Source: Hemiscyllium ocellatum
Lineage: Eukaryota
Reading direction: 5' to 3'
Length of the DNA: 64,000 nt
NCBI RefSeq assembly: GCF_020745735.1
Contig: NC_083437.1
Location: 44,255,955 to 44,319,954 of the forward strand
Each line of letters begins with the position of its first letter. Position 1 is the first letter of the stretch. Positions 37,865 through 49,900 of this stretch are shown here, piece by piece. The notes beneath the pieces were generated by a model that saw only the letters and a list, made by a program, of their open reading frames with translations, ran no database searches and was not told where the DNA came from. The position numbers and the translations under genes are program-made.

Positions 37865-39380
37865 AGGCGAGTGAAAAAGCAAGCGAGAGAGCAAAAGCGA
37901 GTGAGGAAAGTGAGTGAGAAAAGCGAGCGAAAAAAAGCAAGCCAGAGTGAGAGGAAAAGCGAGCAAGAGAGACAAAAAGTGAGCGAGACAGATAAAACGA
38001 GCGAGAGAGAAAAAGTGAGACACAGACAGAAAAAGCGAGCGAGAGAGAAAAGGCGAGCGAGAGAGAAAAAGCACGAGAGAGTGAGACAGAGAAAAAGTGA
38101 GCGAGTGAGAAAAAGCAAGAGAGAGAAAAAGCAAGAGAGACCGACAGAAAAAGAGAGCGCAACAGAAAACGCGACAGAAAAAGAGAGCGGCACTAAAAGA
38201 GAGAGCGACAGAAAGAGAAAAAGCGAGCGAGAGAGAGAAAGTGAACGAGCCAGACAGTAAGAGCGAGAGGGGGAAAATGTGAGAGTGAAAAAGCGGGTGA
38301 GAGAAAAAGAAACAGCAAGAGAGAGAAAAAGCAAGAGAGAAAAAGCGAGCGAGAGAGAGAAAAAGTGAGCGAGAAGCGAGACAGACCGACAGAAAAAGCG
38401 AGAGAAAAAGCGAGCGGGAGAAAAAGTGAGCAAGACAAAGTGAGAGAAAAAGCGCGCGAGAGAGAAAGAGAGAGTGAGAGAAAGAAAAAGCAAGCGAGCG
38501 GGAGCAAAAAGGCGAGAGAGAGAAAAAGAAACAGCAAGAGAGAGAAAAAGCGAGCGAGAGAAAAAGCGAGTGAGATAGTGAAAAAGCGAGCGAGAAAACA
38601 TGCGAGAGAGAAAAAGCGAGAAAGAGAAAAAGCGAGAGAGAGATAAAAAGCGAGAGAGAAAAGGTGAGAGCGCGACAGCAAAAGAGCGCGAAAAAGCGAG
38701 TGAGCGAGAGAAAAAGCGAGCGAGACAGTTAAAACGAGCAAGAGAGAAAAAGCGAGCGAGCGGGAGAGAAAAAAGCGAGAGCGAAAAAGCGAGCGAGAGA
38801 GAAAAAAAGCAAGCGAGCAGGAGAAAAAGCGAGTGAGAAAAATTGAGAGACACAGTGAGAGAGAGAGAGAGACAAAGCGAGCGAGATAGAGAAAAAGCGA
38901 GCGAGATAGAGAAAAAGAGAGAGAGAAAAAGTGAGCGGGAGAAAAAACGAGCGAGCGGGAGAGAGAAAACGCGAGAGAGAGAAAACGCGAGAGAGAGAAA
39001 ACGCGAGAGAGAGAAAACGCGAGAGATAAAGCGAGATAGAGAGGGAGATAAAGCGAGAGAGTGAGAAAAAGCGAAAGCGCACGAGAGAAAAAGCGAGAGA
39101 GAAAAAGGGAGAAAAAGCGAGCGAGAGCAAAATTGCGAGCGAGAGAGAAAAAGCGAGACACACAGACAGAAAAAGCGAGCGAGACAGAAGAAACGAGCGC
39201 GAGGAGAGAAACAGCGAGCGCGAGGGAGAGAGAAAAGGCGAGCGCGAGGGAGAGAGAAAAGGCGAGCGCGAGGGAGAGAGAAAAGGCGAGCGCGAGGGAG
39301 AGAGAAAGCTAAAAAGCAAGAGAGAGAGAGAAAAAGTGAGTGAAAAGCAAGAGACAGGGAGAAACAGTGAAAGAGAGAGA

Positions 39381-39740
39381 AAGCGAGCGCGCGGGAGAAA
39401 AAGCGAGCGCGCGGGAGAAAAAGCGAGCGCGCGGGAGAAAAAGCGAGCGCGCGGGAGAAAAAGCGAGCGCGCGGGAGAAAAAGCGAGCGCGCGGGAGAAA
39501 AAGCGAGCGCGCGGGAGAAAAAGCGAGCGCGCGGGAGAAAAAGCGAGCGCGCGGGAGAAAAAGCGAGCGCGCGGGAGAAAAAGCGAGCGCGCGGGAGAAA
39601 AAGCGAGCGCGCGGGAGAAAAAGCGAGCGCGCGGGAGAAAAAGCGAGCGCGCGGGAGAAAAAGCGAGCGCGCGGGAGAAAAAGCGAGCGCGCGGGAGAAA
39701 AAGCGAGCGCGCGGGAGAAAAAGCGAGCGCGCGGGAGAAA
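39381..39740. repeat. Perfect minisatellite (AAGCGAGCGCGCGGGAGAAA)18
   Basis: Seen: 18 identical 20-mers. Confidence 0.97.
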
Positions 39741-41949
39741 AAGCGAGCGAAAAAGCAAGCAAGACAGAGAAAACGTGAGCGAGTGAGAAAAATCGAGAAA
39801 GAGAAAAAGGGAGAGAGAGCAACAGAAAAAGAGCGCAAAAAAGCGAGAGCGACCGACAAAAAAAGCAAGACAGACCGACAGAAAAAACAACAGAGAAAAA
39901 GCGAGCGTGAGAAAAAGCGATTGAGAAAAATTGAGCGACAAAGTGAGAGACAAAGTGCGCGCGACAGAGACAAAGCGCACGCGAGAGAAAAGCGAGCGAG
40001 AAAAAGTGACCGAGAAAAAGCGAGTGAGTGGGAGAAAAAGCAAGCAAGCGGGAGAAAAAGCAAGCGAGAGAGAAAAAAAGCAAGCGAGAGAGAGCAAAAG
40101 CGAGCGAGAGAAAACATGCGAGAAAAAAGCGAGAAAGAGAAAAAGCGAGAAAGCGAGAGAGAGGGAGAGAGAGAGAAAAAAGGTGAGAGAGCGACAGCAA
40201 AAGAGAGCACAACAGAAAAAGAGAGCGCGAAAAAGCGAGTGAGACACAGAAAATGTGAGCGAGACTGAAAAAGGAGCGAGTGAGCGAGACAAAAAACAAG
40301 CGAACCAGACAGATAAAACGAGCGAGAGACAGAGAGAAAAAGCGAGCGAGCGGGAGAGAGAAAAAGCGAGAGAGAGAGAAAAAAGCGAGCGAGCAGGTGA
40401 AAAAGCGCGAGAGAGAGAAAAAGAGCGTGAGATAGAGAAAAAGCGAGCGGGAGAGAAAAAGCGAGCGGGAGAGAAAAAGCGAGCGAGCAGGAGAGAGAAA
40501 GCAAGCGAGCAAGCGGGAGAGAGAAAGAGCAAGAGAGAAAAAGCGAGCGAGAAAAAGCGAGCGAGACAAGACAGAAAAAGCGAGTGAAAAAGTGAGCGTG
40601 ACAGATAAAACGAGCGAGTGAAAAAGCGTGAGAAAAAAAGCAAGAGACAGACAGAAAAAGCGAGCGAGAGAGAAAGCGCGAGAGCACGAGACAGAGAAAA
40701 AGCAGGCGAGCCAGAAAAATCGAGAGAGAAAAAGCGAGGGAGCGACAGAAAAAGAACGCAAAAAAAGTGAGCAAGACAGAAAAAGCGAGCGAGAGAGAGA
40801 AAAAGCGAACAAGAGGAAATGCGAGCGAGCGGGAGGAAAAGCGAGCAAGCAGGAGAAAAAGCAACAGAGAAAAAGCGAGCGAGAGAAAACATGAGAAAAA
40901 TGCGTGCGAGAAACAAGCGATCGGGCGAGAGAAAAAGCGTGCGAGACAGACAGAAAAAGCGAGCGTGACAGATAAAATGAGTGAGTGAAAAAGCGCGAGA
41001 CAGACAGAAAAAACGAGCGAGAGAGAAAAAAAGAGACAGACAGAAAAAGCGAGCGAGAGAGAAAAGGCGAGTGAGGGTGAAAAAGCAACCGAGAGAGAAA
41101 AAGCGCGAGAGCGCGAGACAGAGAAAAAGTGAGCGAGCGACAGAAAAAGCGAGCGAGAGAGAGAAAAAGCAAGCGAAAGTATGCAAGAAAAATGCATGCC
41201 AGAAAAAAAAGCGAGAGAAAAAGCGAGCGAGAAAAAAAGAGAGACCGAGACAGTAAAAGCGTGCGCGCGACAGTAAAAGAGAAAAAGCGAGCGAGACAAA
41301 AAGCGAGCGAGTCAAAAAGTGAGCGAGACAGATAGAAAAAGCGAGCGATAGAGAGAGAGAGAGAAAAAGCGAGAGACCGAGAGAAAAAGCGAGCGCGCGC
41401 GACAGTAAAAGCGAAAAAGCGAGCGAGGAAAAGCGAGCGAGAGAGAAAAAGCAATCGAGAGAAAAAGCAAATGAGAGAAAAAAAGCGAGAGCGCGAGAAA
41501 AAGAGAGCGCGAGAGGAGATAAAAAGCGAGCGAGAAAAAGCGAGCGAGACAAAAAGCGAGCGAGACAGACAGAAAAAGCGAGCGAGTGAGAAAAAGCGAG
41601 ACACCGGGAGAGAAAAAGCGAGCGTGCGACAGTAAAAGCGAGTGCGACAGTAAAAGAGAAAAAGCGAGCGAGAGGAAAAGCGAGCGAGAGGAAAAGAAAC
41701 AGTGAGAGAGAAATAGCAATTGAGAGAAAAAGCGAATGAGAGAGAAAAAGTGAGAGCGAGAGGAGATAAAAAGCGAGAGCGAGACTAACAGAAAAAGCGA
41801 GAGAGAAAAAGCGAGCGAGAGAGAAAAAGCGAGCGAGAGAGAAAAAGCCCAATGCACGACAGAAAAAGTGAGCGCGCGACAGAAAAAAAGAGAGCGACAG
41901 AGAGAGAAAAAGAAACAGCGAGAGAGAAAAAGAAACAGCGAGAGAGAAA

Positions 41950-43987
41950 TGTCCAATGTGTGCAGGAGGGTTTCCTGACACAATATGTAGACAGGCCAAC
42001 AAGAGGTGAGGCCATACTGGATTTGGTTCTGGGTAACGAACCAGGCCAGGTGTTAGACTTGGAGGTAGGTGAGCACTTCGGGGACAGTGACCACAACTCA
42101 GTGACTTTTACTCTAGTGATGGAGAGGGATAAGTGTGCGCCGCAGGGCAAGAGCTATAGCTGGGGGCAGGGAAATTATGATGCGGTGAGGCATGACTCAG
42201 GATGCGTGGATTGGAAAAATAGGCTTCAAGGGAAGAACACAAATGATATGTGGAGATTGTTCAAGGAACAGCTAATGGGTGTCCTTGATAAGTATGTACC
42301 AGTCAGGCATGGTGTAAAGGGCCTTGTGAGGGAGTCGTGGTTTAATAAAGAATTGGATTCCCTTGTGAAAGGGAAGAGGGCGGCCTATGTAAAGATGAGG
42401 GGTGAAGGTTCAGTTGGGGTGATTGAGAGTTATAAGGTAGCCAGGAAGGATCTAAAGAGAGAGCTAAGAGCAGCAAGGAGGGGACATGAAAAGTCCTTAG
42501 TTGGTAGGATTAGGGAAAACCCAAAGGTTTTCTATAGGTATGTCAGGAATAAAAGGATGACTAGGGTAGGTATCGGTCCAGTCAAGGATAGTAGTGGGAA
42601 GTTGTGCGTGGAGGCGGAGGAGATTGGAGAGACACTAAATCAATACTTTCCATCAGTATTCACTCAGGAACAGGACACTGTTGCTGATGTGAATATTGAG
42701 TCACAAGTGATTAGAATGGATGGCCTCGAGGTATGTAGGGAAGAGGTCTGGGGAATACTGGAAAGGATGAAAATAGTTAAGTCCCCTGGGCCTGATGGCA
42801 TTTATCCTAGGATCCTCTGGGAAGCTAGGGAGGAGATAGCGGAGCCATTGGCCTTGATTTTTATGTCGTCGTTGTCTATGGGAATAGTGCCAGAAGACTG
42901 GAGGAGAGCGAATGTGGTTCCCTTGTTCAAGAAGGGGAGTAGGGATAGCCCGAGTAACTATAGGCCAGTGAGTCTCAGTTCTGTTGTGGGCAAAGTCTTA
43001 GAGAGAAATGTAAGGGATAGGATTTATGAACATCTGGATAGGAATAATGTGATCAAGGATAGTCAGCATGGTTTTGTGAAGGGCAGGTCGTGCCTCACAA
43101 ACCTTATTGAGTTCTTTGAGAAGGTGACCAAGGAGGTGGACGAGGGTAAAGCAGTAGATGTGGTGTATATGGATTTTAGTAAGGCGTTTGATAAGGTTCC
43201 CCATGGTAGGCTACTGCAAAAAATATGGAGGTATGGCATTGAGGGGGAGTTGGAGGTTTGGATTAGGAATTGGCTGGCTGGAAGAAGACAGAGGGTAGTA
43301 GTTGATGGTAAAGGTTAATCTTGGAGTGCAGTTACTAGCGGTGTTCCGCAAGGATCTGTTTTGGGACCATTACTGTTTGTCATTTTTATAAATGACCTGG
43401 AGGAGGGGCTAGAAGGTTGGGTGAGCAAGTTTGCGGATGATACGAAAGTCGGTGGAGTTGTTGACAGCGAGGAAGGATGTGGCAGGTTACAGCGGGATAT
43501 AGATAAGCTGCAGAGCTGGGCAGAAAGGTGCCAAATGGAGTTCAGTGTAGCTAAGTGTGAAGTGATTCACTTTGGTAAGAGTAACAAGAAGATGGAGTAC
43601 TGGGCTAATGGTCAGATACTTGGTAGTGTGGATGAGCAGAGGGGTCTTGGTGTCCATGTACACAGATCTCTGAAAGTTGCCATCCAGGTAAATAGTGCTG
43701 GGAAGAAGGCATATGGCGTACTGGCTTTTATTGGTAGAGGAATTGAGTTCCGGAGTCCTGAGGTCATGTTGCAGTTGTATAAGACTCTGGTGCGGCCTCA
43801 TCTGGGGTATTGTGTGCAGTTTTGGTCGCCATACTATAGGAAGGATGTGGAGGCACTGGAATGGGTACAGAGGAGGTTTACCAGGATGTTGCCTGGTATG
43901 GTAGGAAGATCGTATGAGGAAAGGCTGAGGCACTTGGGGCTGTTCTCATTGGAGAAAAGAAGGTTTAGGGGAGATTTGATAGAGGTT
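41950..43987 (+). mobile_element. CR1-clade non-LTR retrotransposon (LINE) fragment, 5'- and 3'-truncated
   Basis: Seen: abrupt switch to normal-complexity DNA. Translation shows FLTQYVDRPTRGEAILDLVL and SDHNSV (APE endonuclease C-terminus), then KSPGPDGIYPRIL, VPEDWRRANVVPLFKKG, NYRPVSL, QHGFVKGRSCLTNL, YMDFSKAFDKVPH, GVPQGSVLGPLLF, FADDTK, LYKTLVRPHL, YCVQFWSP and RGDLIEV. Established: these are hallmark CR1 ORF2 motifs. Confidence 0.96.
41951..43987 (+). pseudogene. CR1 ORF2 (endonuclease/reverse transcriptase) remnant, ~679 codons, one in-frame stop
   Basis: Seen: track ORFs 41852..43318 and 43361..43993 are in the same frame, separated by TAA at 43316-43318 (probably TCA>TAA) and followed in frame by SWSAVTSGVPQGSV. 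FADD lies at 43430-43441. There is no native start: the first 33 aa of the track ORF are satellite-derived. Confidence 0.92.
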
Positions 43988-43993
43988 GATTGA

Positions 43994-46900
43994 AAACCCA
44001 ACGCGCAACAGAAAAAGCGAGTGCGACAGAGAGAGAAAAAGAAACAGCGAGAGAGAAAGAGAAAAAGCAAGCGAGAGAAAATGCGAGCGAGATAGAGAGA
44101 AAAAACCCAATGCGCAACAGAAAAAGCGAGAGCGACAGTAAAAGAGAGCGAGAGAGAGAAAAAGAAAAAGAAACAGCGAGAGAGAGAAAAAGGAAGCGAG
44201 AGAAAAAGCGAAAGAGGAGATAAAAAGCGAGCGAGTGAGAAAAAGCGAGCAAGCGAGAGAAAAAGCGAGCATGATAGATAAAATGAGAGAGAGAAAAAGT
44301 GAGCGAGACCGACAGAAAAAGTGAGCGAGAGGAAAAAGCGAGCGAGTGAAAAAAAGCGCGAGAACGCGAGACAGAGAAAAAGCGAGCGAGCGAGAAAAAT
44401 CGAGAGAGAAAAAGCAAGAGAGTAACAGAAAAAGAACGCAAAAAAAGCGAGCGAGACCAACAGAAAAAGCGAGCGAGAGAGAGGAAAAGTGAGCAAGAGA
44501 GAAAAAGCGAGCGAGAGACAGTAAAAGAGAGCATGACTGAAAAAGCCAGCGAGAGAAAAAGCGAGCGAACGAGACAAACAGCGAGACAAAAAGTGAGACA
44601 GACAGAAAAAGCGAGCGGGCCAGAGAAAAAGCGAGCGAGACACAGAGAGAGAGAGAAAAAGCGAGAGCGCGACAGTAAAAGAAAAGGTGAGCCAAAGGAA
44701 AAGAAACAGCGAGAGAGAAAAAGCGAGAGCGAGAGAAAACGAACGAGAAAAAGCGAGCGAGAGGGAGAAAAAGCGAGCAAGAGTAAAAGCGAGCGAGCGA
44801 GTGAAAAAGAGAAAAAAAACGACAGAAAAAGCGAGCGAGAGACACAAAGAGAGAAAAAAAGAGCGACAGCAAAAGCGAGCGAGAGAGAGAAAAAGCGAGC
44901 AAGACAGAGAGAAAAAGCGAGCGAGACAAAAAGCGAGCGAAACAGACAGAAAAAGCGAGCGAGAGGTAGAGAGAGAGAGAGAGAGAAAAAGCAAGAGACC
45001 AAGAGAGAAAAAGCGAGCGAGAGAGGAAAAGAAACAGCGAGAGAGAAAAGGAAACAGCGAGACAAAAAGCGAACGAGAGAAAAAGCGAGAGCGAGAGAAA
45101 AAGCGAGCGAGAAAAAGCGAGCGAGAAAAAGCGAGAACGAGAGAAAACGAGCGAGAAAAAGCGAGCGAGGAAAGCGAGCGAGAGCAAAAGCGAGTGAGCG
45201 AGAGCGAAAAAGTGAGAAAAAGCGAGACACAAAAAGTGAGCGAGTGAAACAGCGAACGAGAAAAAGCGAGCGAGAGAAAAAGCGAGCGAGAGAAAAAGCG
45301 AGCGAGAGAGAGAGAAAAAGAGCAACAGCAAAAGCGAGCGAGCGAGACAGACAGAAAAAGCGAGCGAGACAGATAGAAAAAGCGAGCGAGGCAAAAAGCG
45401 AGACAGACAGAAAAAGCGAGCAAGAGAATAAGCGAGTGGGCGAGACAAAAAGCGAGCGAGACAGACAGAAAAAGCGAGCGAGTGAGAAAAAGCGAGCGAG
45501 AGATAGAGAGAGAGAGAGAAAAAGCGAGAGCGCAACAGAAAGAGAAAGAGCGAGAGCGACAGAAAGAGAAAAAGCGAGAGAGAAAAAGAAACAGCGAGAG
45601 AAAAAGCAAGAGCGAGAGAAAGCGAAAGAGGAGATAAAAAGCGAGCGGGAAAAAGCGAGCGAGAGGGGGAAAAGCGAGCAAGAGAAAAAGCAAGCGAGCG
45701 AGAGAAAAAGCGAGAAAGTGAGAAAAAGCGAGACAGAAAAAGTGAGCGAGAGTGAAAAGGCGAGCGAGAGAAGAAGCGAGAAAAAAAAGGAGAGCAACAG
45801 CAAAAGGGAGCATAACAGAAAAAGAGAGCGCGAAAAAGCAAGTGAGACAGAAAAACCAAGCGAGCAAAAAACTGAGCGAGAGACCGACAAAAAAAAGGAG
45901 AGAGAGAAAAAGCGAGAGACCGACAGAAAAAGCGAGCGAACACGAGAGAGAAAAAGCGAGCACGAAAAATGCATGCCAGAAAAAAAACGAGAAAAAGCGA
46001 GAGACCAACAGAAAAAGCGAGATAAAGCGAGAGAGCGATAGCAAAAGAGAGCAAGACAGAAAAAGCGAGCGCGCGACAGTAAAGGAGAGTGACAGAAAGA
46101 GAAAAAGCGAGCGAGAGAAAAAGCGAGAGCGAGAGAGAAAAAGCAAGCGAGACCGACAGAAAAAGCGAGAGAGAGAGAAAAGCGTGAGAAAAAGCGAGAG
46201 AGAAAAAAGAGCGACAGAAAAAGCGAGCGAGAGAAAAAGCGAGCAGGTGAGAGAAAAAGTGAGCGAGACAGACAAAATGAGCAAGTGAAAAAAACGGGAG
46301 AGAGAAAAAGCAAGAGACAGACAGAAAAAGCGAGAGAGAAAAAGCATGAGAGCGCAAGGCAGAGAAAACGTGCGAGACAGAGAAAAAGTGAGCGAGCGAC
46401 AGAAAAAGAATGCAAAAAAAGCGAGCGAGACCAACAGTAGAAGTGAGCGGGCAAGAGGAAAAGCGAGCAGGCAAGACAAAAAGCGAGCGAGCAAGAAAAA
46501 GCAAGCGAGACAGACAGAAAAAGCGAGTGAAAAAGCGAGCGAGAGAGAGAAAAAGCAAGAGACAGACAGAAAAAGCGAGCGAGAGAGAAAAAAACACGAA
46601 ACAGTGAAAAAGTAAGCGAGAAAGAGAGAAAAAGCGAGCGAGCGACAGAAAAAGAATGCAAAAAAACAAGCAAGACCGACAGAAAAAGCGAGACCGACCG
46701 ACAGAAAAAGCGAGCGAGCGGGCAAGAGGAAAAGCAAGCGGGACGAAAAGGCGAGCGAGAGAGAGAAAAAGCGAAAGAGGATAAAAAGTGCGCGAGAAAA
46801 AGCGCGCGAGAGACAGAAAAAGCAAGCGAGAGAAAAAACCCAACGCGCAACAGAAAAAGCGAGCATGACAGTAAAAGAGAGCAGAGAGAGAAAAAGAAAC

Positions 46901-49900
46901 AGCGAGAGAGAAAGAGAAAAAGCAAGCGAGAGAGAAAAAAGCGAGCGCGCAACAGAAAAAGCGAGCGCAACAGAGAGAGAAAAAGAAACAGCGAAAGAGA
47001 GAAAAAGGAAGCGAGAGAAAAAGCGAGAGCGAGAGAAAAAGCGAAAGAGATAAAAAGCGAGCGAGAGCGAGAAAAAGCAAGCGAGACAGACAGAAAAAGC
47101 GAGCAAGAGAAAATGCGAGCGCGCGAGACAAAAAGCGAGCAAGACAAAAAACGAACTAGACAGACAGAAAAAACAAGCGAGCGCGCGACAGAAAAAGCGA
47201 GCGAGAGAGAGGAAAAAGCGAGAGCGACAGAAAGAGAAAAAGCGAGCGAGAGGGGAAAAGCCAGCGAGAGAGGAAACGAAACAGCAAGAGAGAAAAAGCA
47301 AGTGAGAGACCAAGAGAGAAAAAACGAGAGCGCGACAGAAAAAACGAGAGCGCGACAGAAAGAGAAAAAGCGAGTGAGAGAGGAAATGAAACAGCGAGAG
47401 AGAAAAAGCAAAAGAGGAGGTAAAAAGCGAGCGACCGACAGAAAAAGTGAGATAGAGAGAAAAAGCGAGAGAGCAACAGCAAAAGAGAGCACGACAGAAA
47501 TAGCGAGCGAGACTGAAAAAGCGAGCGAGCGAGACAAAAAGCGAGCGAGACAGACAGAAAAAGCGAGAGAAAAAGCGAACTCGAGAGACAAAGCAAGAGC
47601 GAGAGACAAAGCATGCGAGAGAAAAAGCGAGAGAGAGAAAAAAGCAAGAGAAAGGCGCGAGAGAGAAAAAGCATGAGAGAGAAAAAGCGCAAGAGTGCGA
47701 GACAGAGAAAAAGCGCGAGACAGAGAAAAAGTGAGCGAGCGAGAAAAATCGAGAAAAAGCGAGAGAGCGAAAGAAAAAGAATGCAAAAAAAAGCGAGCAA
47801 GACCGACAGAAAAAGCGAGATAGAGAGAAAAAGCGAGGGAGCGACAGCAAAAGCAAGCGAGACAGACAGAAAAAGCGAGCGAGACAAACAGAAAAAGTGA
47901 GCGACACAGAAAAAGCGAGCGAGACAAAAAGCGAGCGAGACAGACAGAAAAAGCGAGAGACAAAGCAAGAGCGAGAGACAAAGCATGCGAGAAAAAAGTG
48001 TGCGAGAGAAAAAGCGCGAGAGAGAAAAAGCGCGAGAGAGAAAAAGCGCGAGAGAGAAAAAGCGCGAGACAGAGAAAAAGCGCGAGACAGAGAAAAAGCG
48101 CGAGACAGAGAAAAAGTGAGCGAGCGAGAAAAATCGAGAAAAAGCTAGAGAGCGAAAGAAAAAGAATGCAAAAAAAAGCGAGCAAGACCGACAGAAAAAG
48201 CGAGATAGAGAGAAAAAGCGAGGGAGCAACAGCAAAAGTGAGCGCGAGAGAGAAAAAGCGAGCGAGACAAAAAGTGAGCGAGACAAAAAAAGCGAGCGAG
48301 AGATAGAGACAAAGCGAAAGACCGAGAGAGAAAAAGCGAGCGCGCAAAAGAAAAAGCGAGAGCGCGACAGTAAAAGTGAGCGAGAGCAAAAGAAACAGCG
48401 AGAGAGCAAAAGGAGAAAAAGCGAGAGCGAGAGAAAAAGCGAGAGCGAGAGAAAAAGCGAAAGAGGAGATAAAAAGCTAGAGCGAGAAAAAGCCAGCGAG
48501 AGAGGGAACAAGCGAGCGAAAGAAAAAGCGAGTGAAAAAAAGCGAACGAGAGACAAAGCGAGAGCGAGAGACAAAGCGAGAGACAAAGCATGCAAGTAAA
48601 ATGCATGCCAGAAAAGGAGCGTGCGAGAGAAAAAGCGAGAGAGAAAAAGCGAGAGAGAGGGAGAAAAAGCCAGAGAGAAAAAGCATGAGAGAGAGAAAAA
48701 GTGCCAGAGCGCGAGACAGAGAAAAACGTGAGACAGAGAAAAAGTGAGCGAGCGAGAAAAAGCGAGAGAGCGAAAGAAAAAGAATGCAAAAAAAGCGAGC
48801 AAGACAGAAAAAGCGAGCGAGACCGACAGAAAAAGCGAGAATGAGAGAAAAAGCGAGAATGAGAGAAAAAGCGAGGGAGCGACAGCAAAAGTGAGCGCGA
48901 GAGAGAAAAAGCGAGCGAGACAAAAAGTGAGCGAGAGAGAGAGAGCGAGAGAGAGAGAAAAAGCGAGAGACCGAGAGAGGGAAAAAGCGAGCGTGCGAAA
49001 GAAAAAGCGAGAGCGCGAGAGTAAAAGTGAGCAAGAGGAAAAGAAACAGGTGAGAGAGAAAAAGAATCAGCGAGAGAAAAAGTGAGAGCGAGAGAAAAAG
49101 CGAAAGAGGAGATAAAAAGCCAGCAAGAAAAAGCCAGCGAGCGAGAGAAAAGGCGAGAGAAAAAGCAAGTGAGAAAAAGCGAACTCGAGAGACAAAGCGA
49201 GAGCGAGAGACAAAGCATGCAAGTAAAATGCATGCCAGAAAGGAAGTGTGCGAGAGAAAAAGCGAGAGAGGGGGAAAGCGAGCGAGAGAAAAAGCGCTAG
49301 CGAGAGAAAGCATGCAAGAAAAATGCATGCCAGATAAAAAAGTGCGAGAGAAAAAGCGAGATACCAACAGAAAAAGCAAGCGAGCGAGACAGACAGAAAA
49401 AGCGAGCGAGACAGACAGAAAAAGCGAGCAAGTGAGAAAAAGTGAGCAAGAGATAGAGAGAGAGAAAAAGCGAGAGACCGAGAGCGAAAAAGGGAGCGAG
49501 CGACAGTAAAAGCGAGCGCGCGACAGAAAGAGAAAAAGCGAACGAGAGAGCAAAAGCAGGAGTGAGAGCAAAAGTGGGAGCGAGAGAAAAAGCGAAAGAG
49601 GAGATAAAAAGCGAGCGGGAAAAAGTGAGCGACAGAAAATGGTGAGCGAGAGTGAAAAAGCAAGTGAGACAGACAGAAAAGGCGAGCAAGAGAAAAAGCG
49701 AGCGAGAGATAGAGAGAAAAAAAGCGAGAGACAGAGAGAAAAAGCCAGCGCGCGACAGAAAAAGCAAGCGCGATGGAAAGAGAAAAAGCGAGCGAGAGAG
49801 AAAAAGCGAGAGCGAGAAAAAGCGAAAGAGGAGATAAAAAGCGAGCAGGAAAAAGAAAAGCGAGCGGGAGAGAGAAAAAGCGAGTGGGAGAGAGAAAAAG

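Larger units (their letters stand above)
1..41949. repeat. Purine-rich complex satellite array (18-22 bp GAGACAGAAAAAGCGAGC-type units), left block
   Basis: Seen: continuous reiteration of AAAAAGCGAGCGAGACAG / AAAAAGCGAGAGAG variants with GA slippage and almost no T on +. Translates to (SETEKA)n, (RQKKRA)n and (DRKSER)n, the three frames of one 18-mer. Confidence 0.97.

Noticed and set aside
42998-43933. Short ORFs 42998..43204(-), 43487..43933(-), 43695..43904(+) and 41785..42150(-)
   Set aside because: Shadow frames of the CR1 ORF2 with no independent motifs.
41894-44058. TSD around the CR1 fragment (GCGACAGAGAGAGAAAAAGAAACAGCGAGAGAGAAA on both sides)
   Set aside because: It is not flush with the right junction and is part of the local satellite unit.
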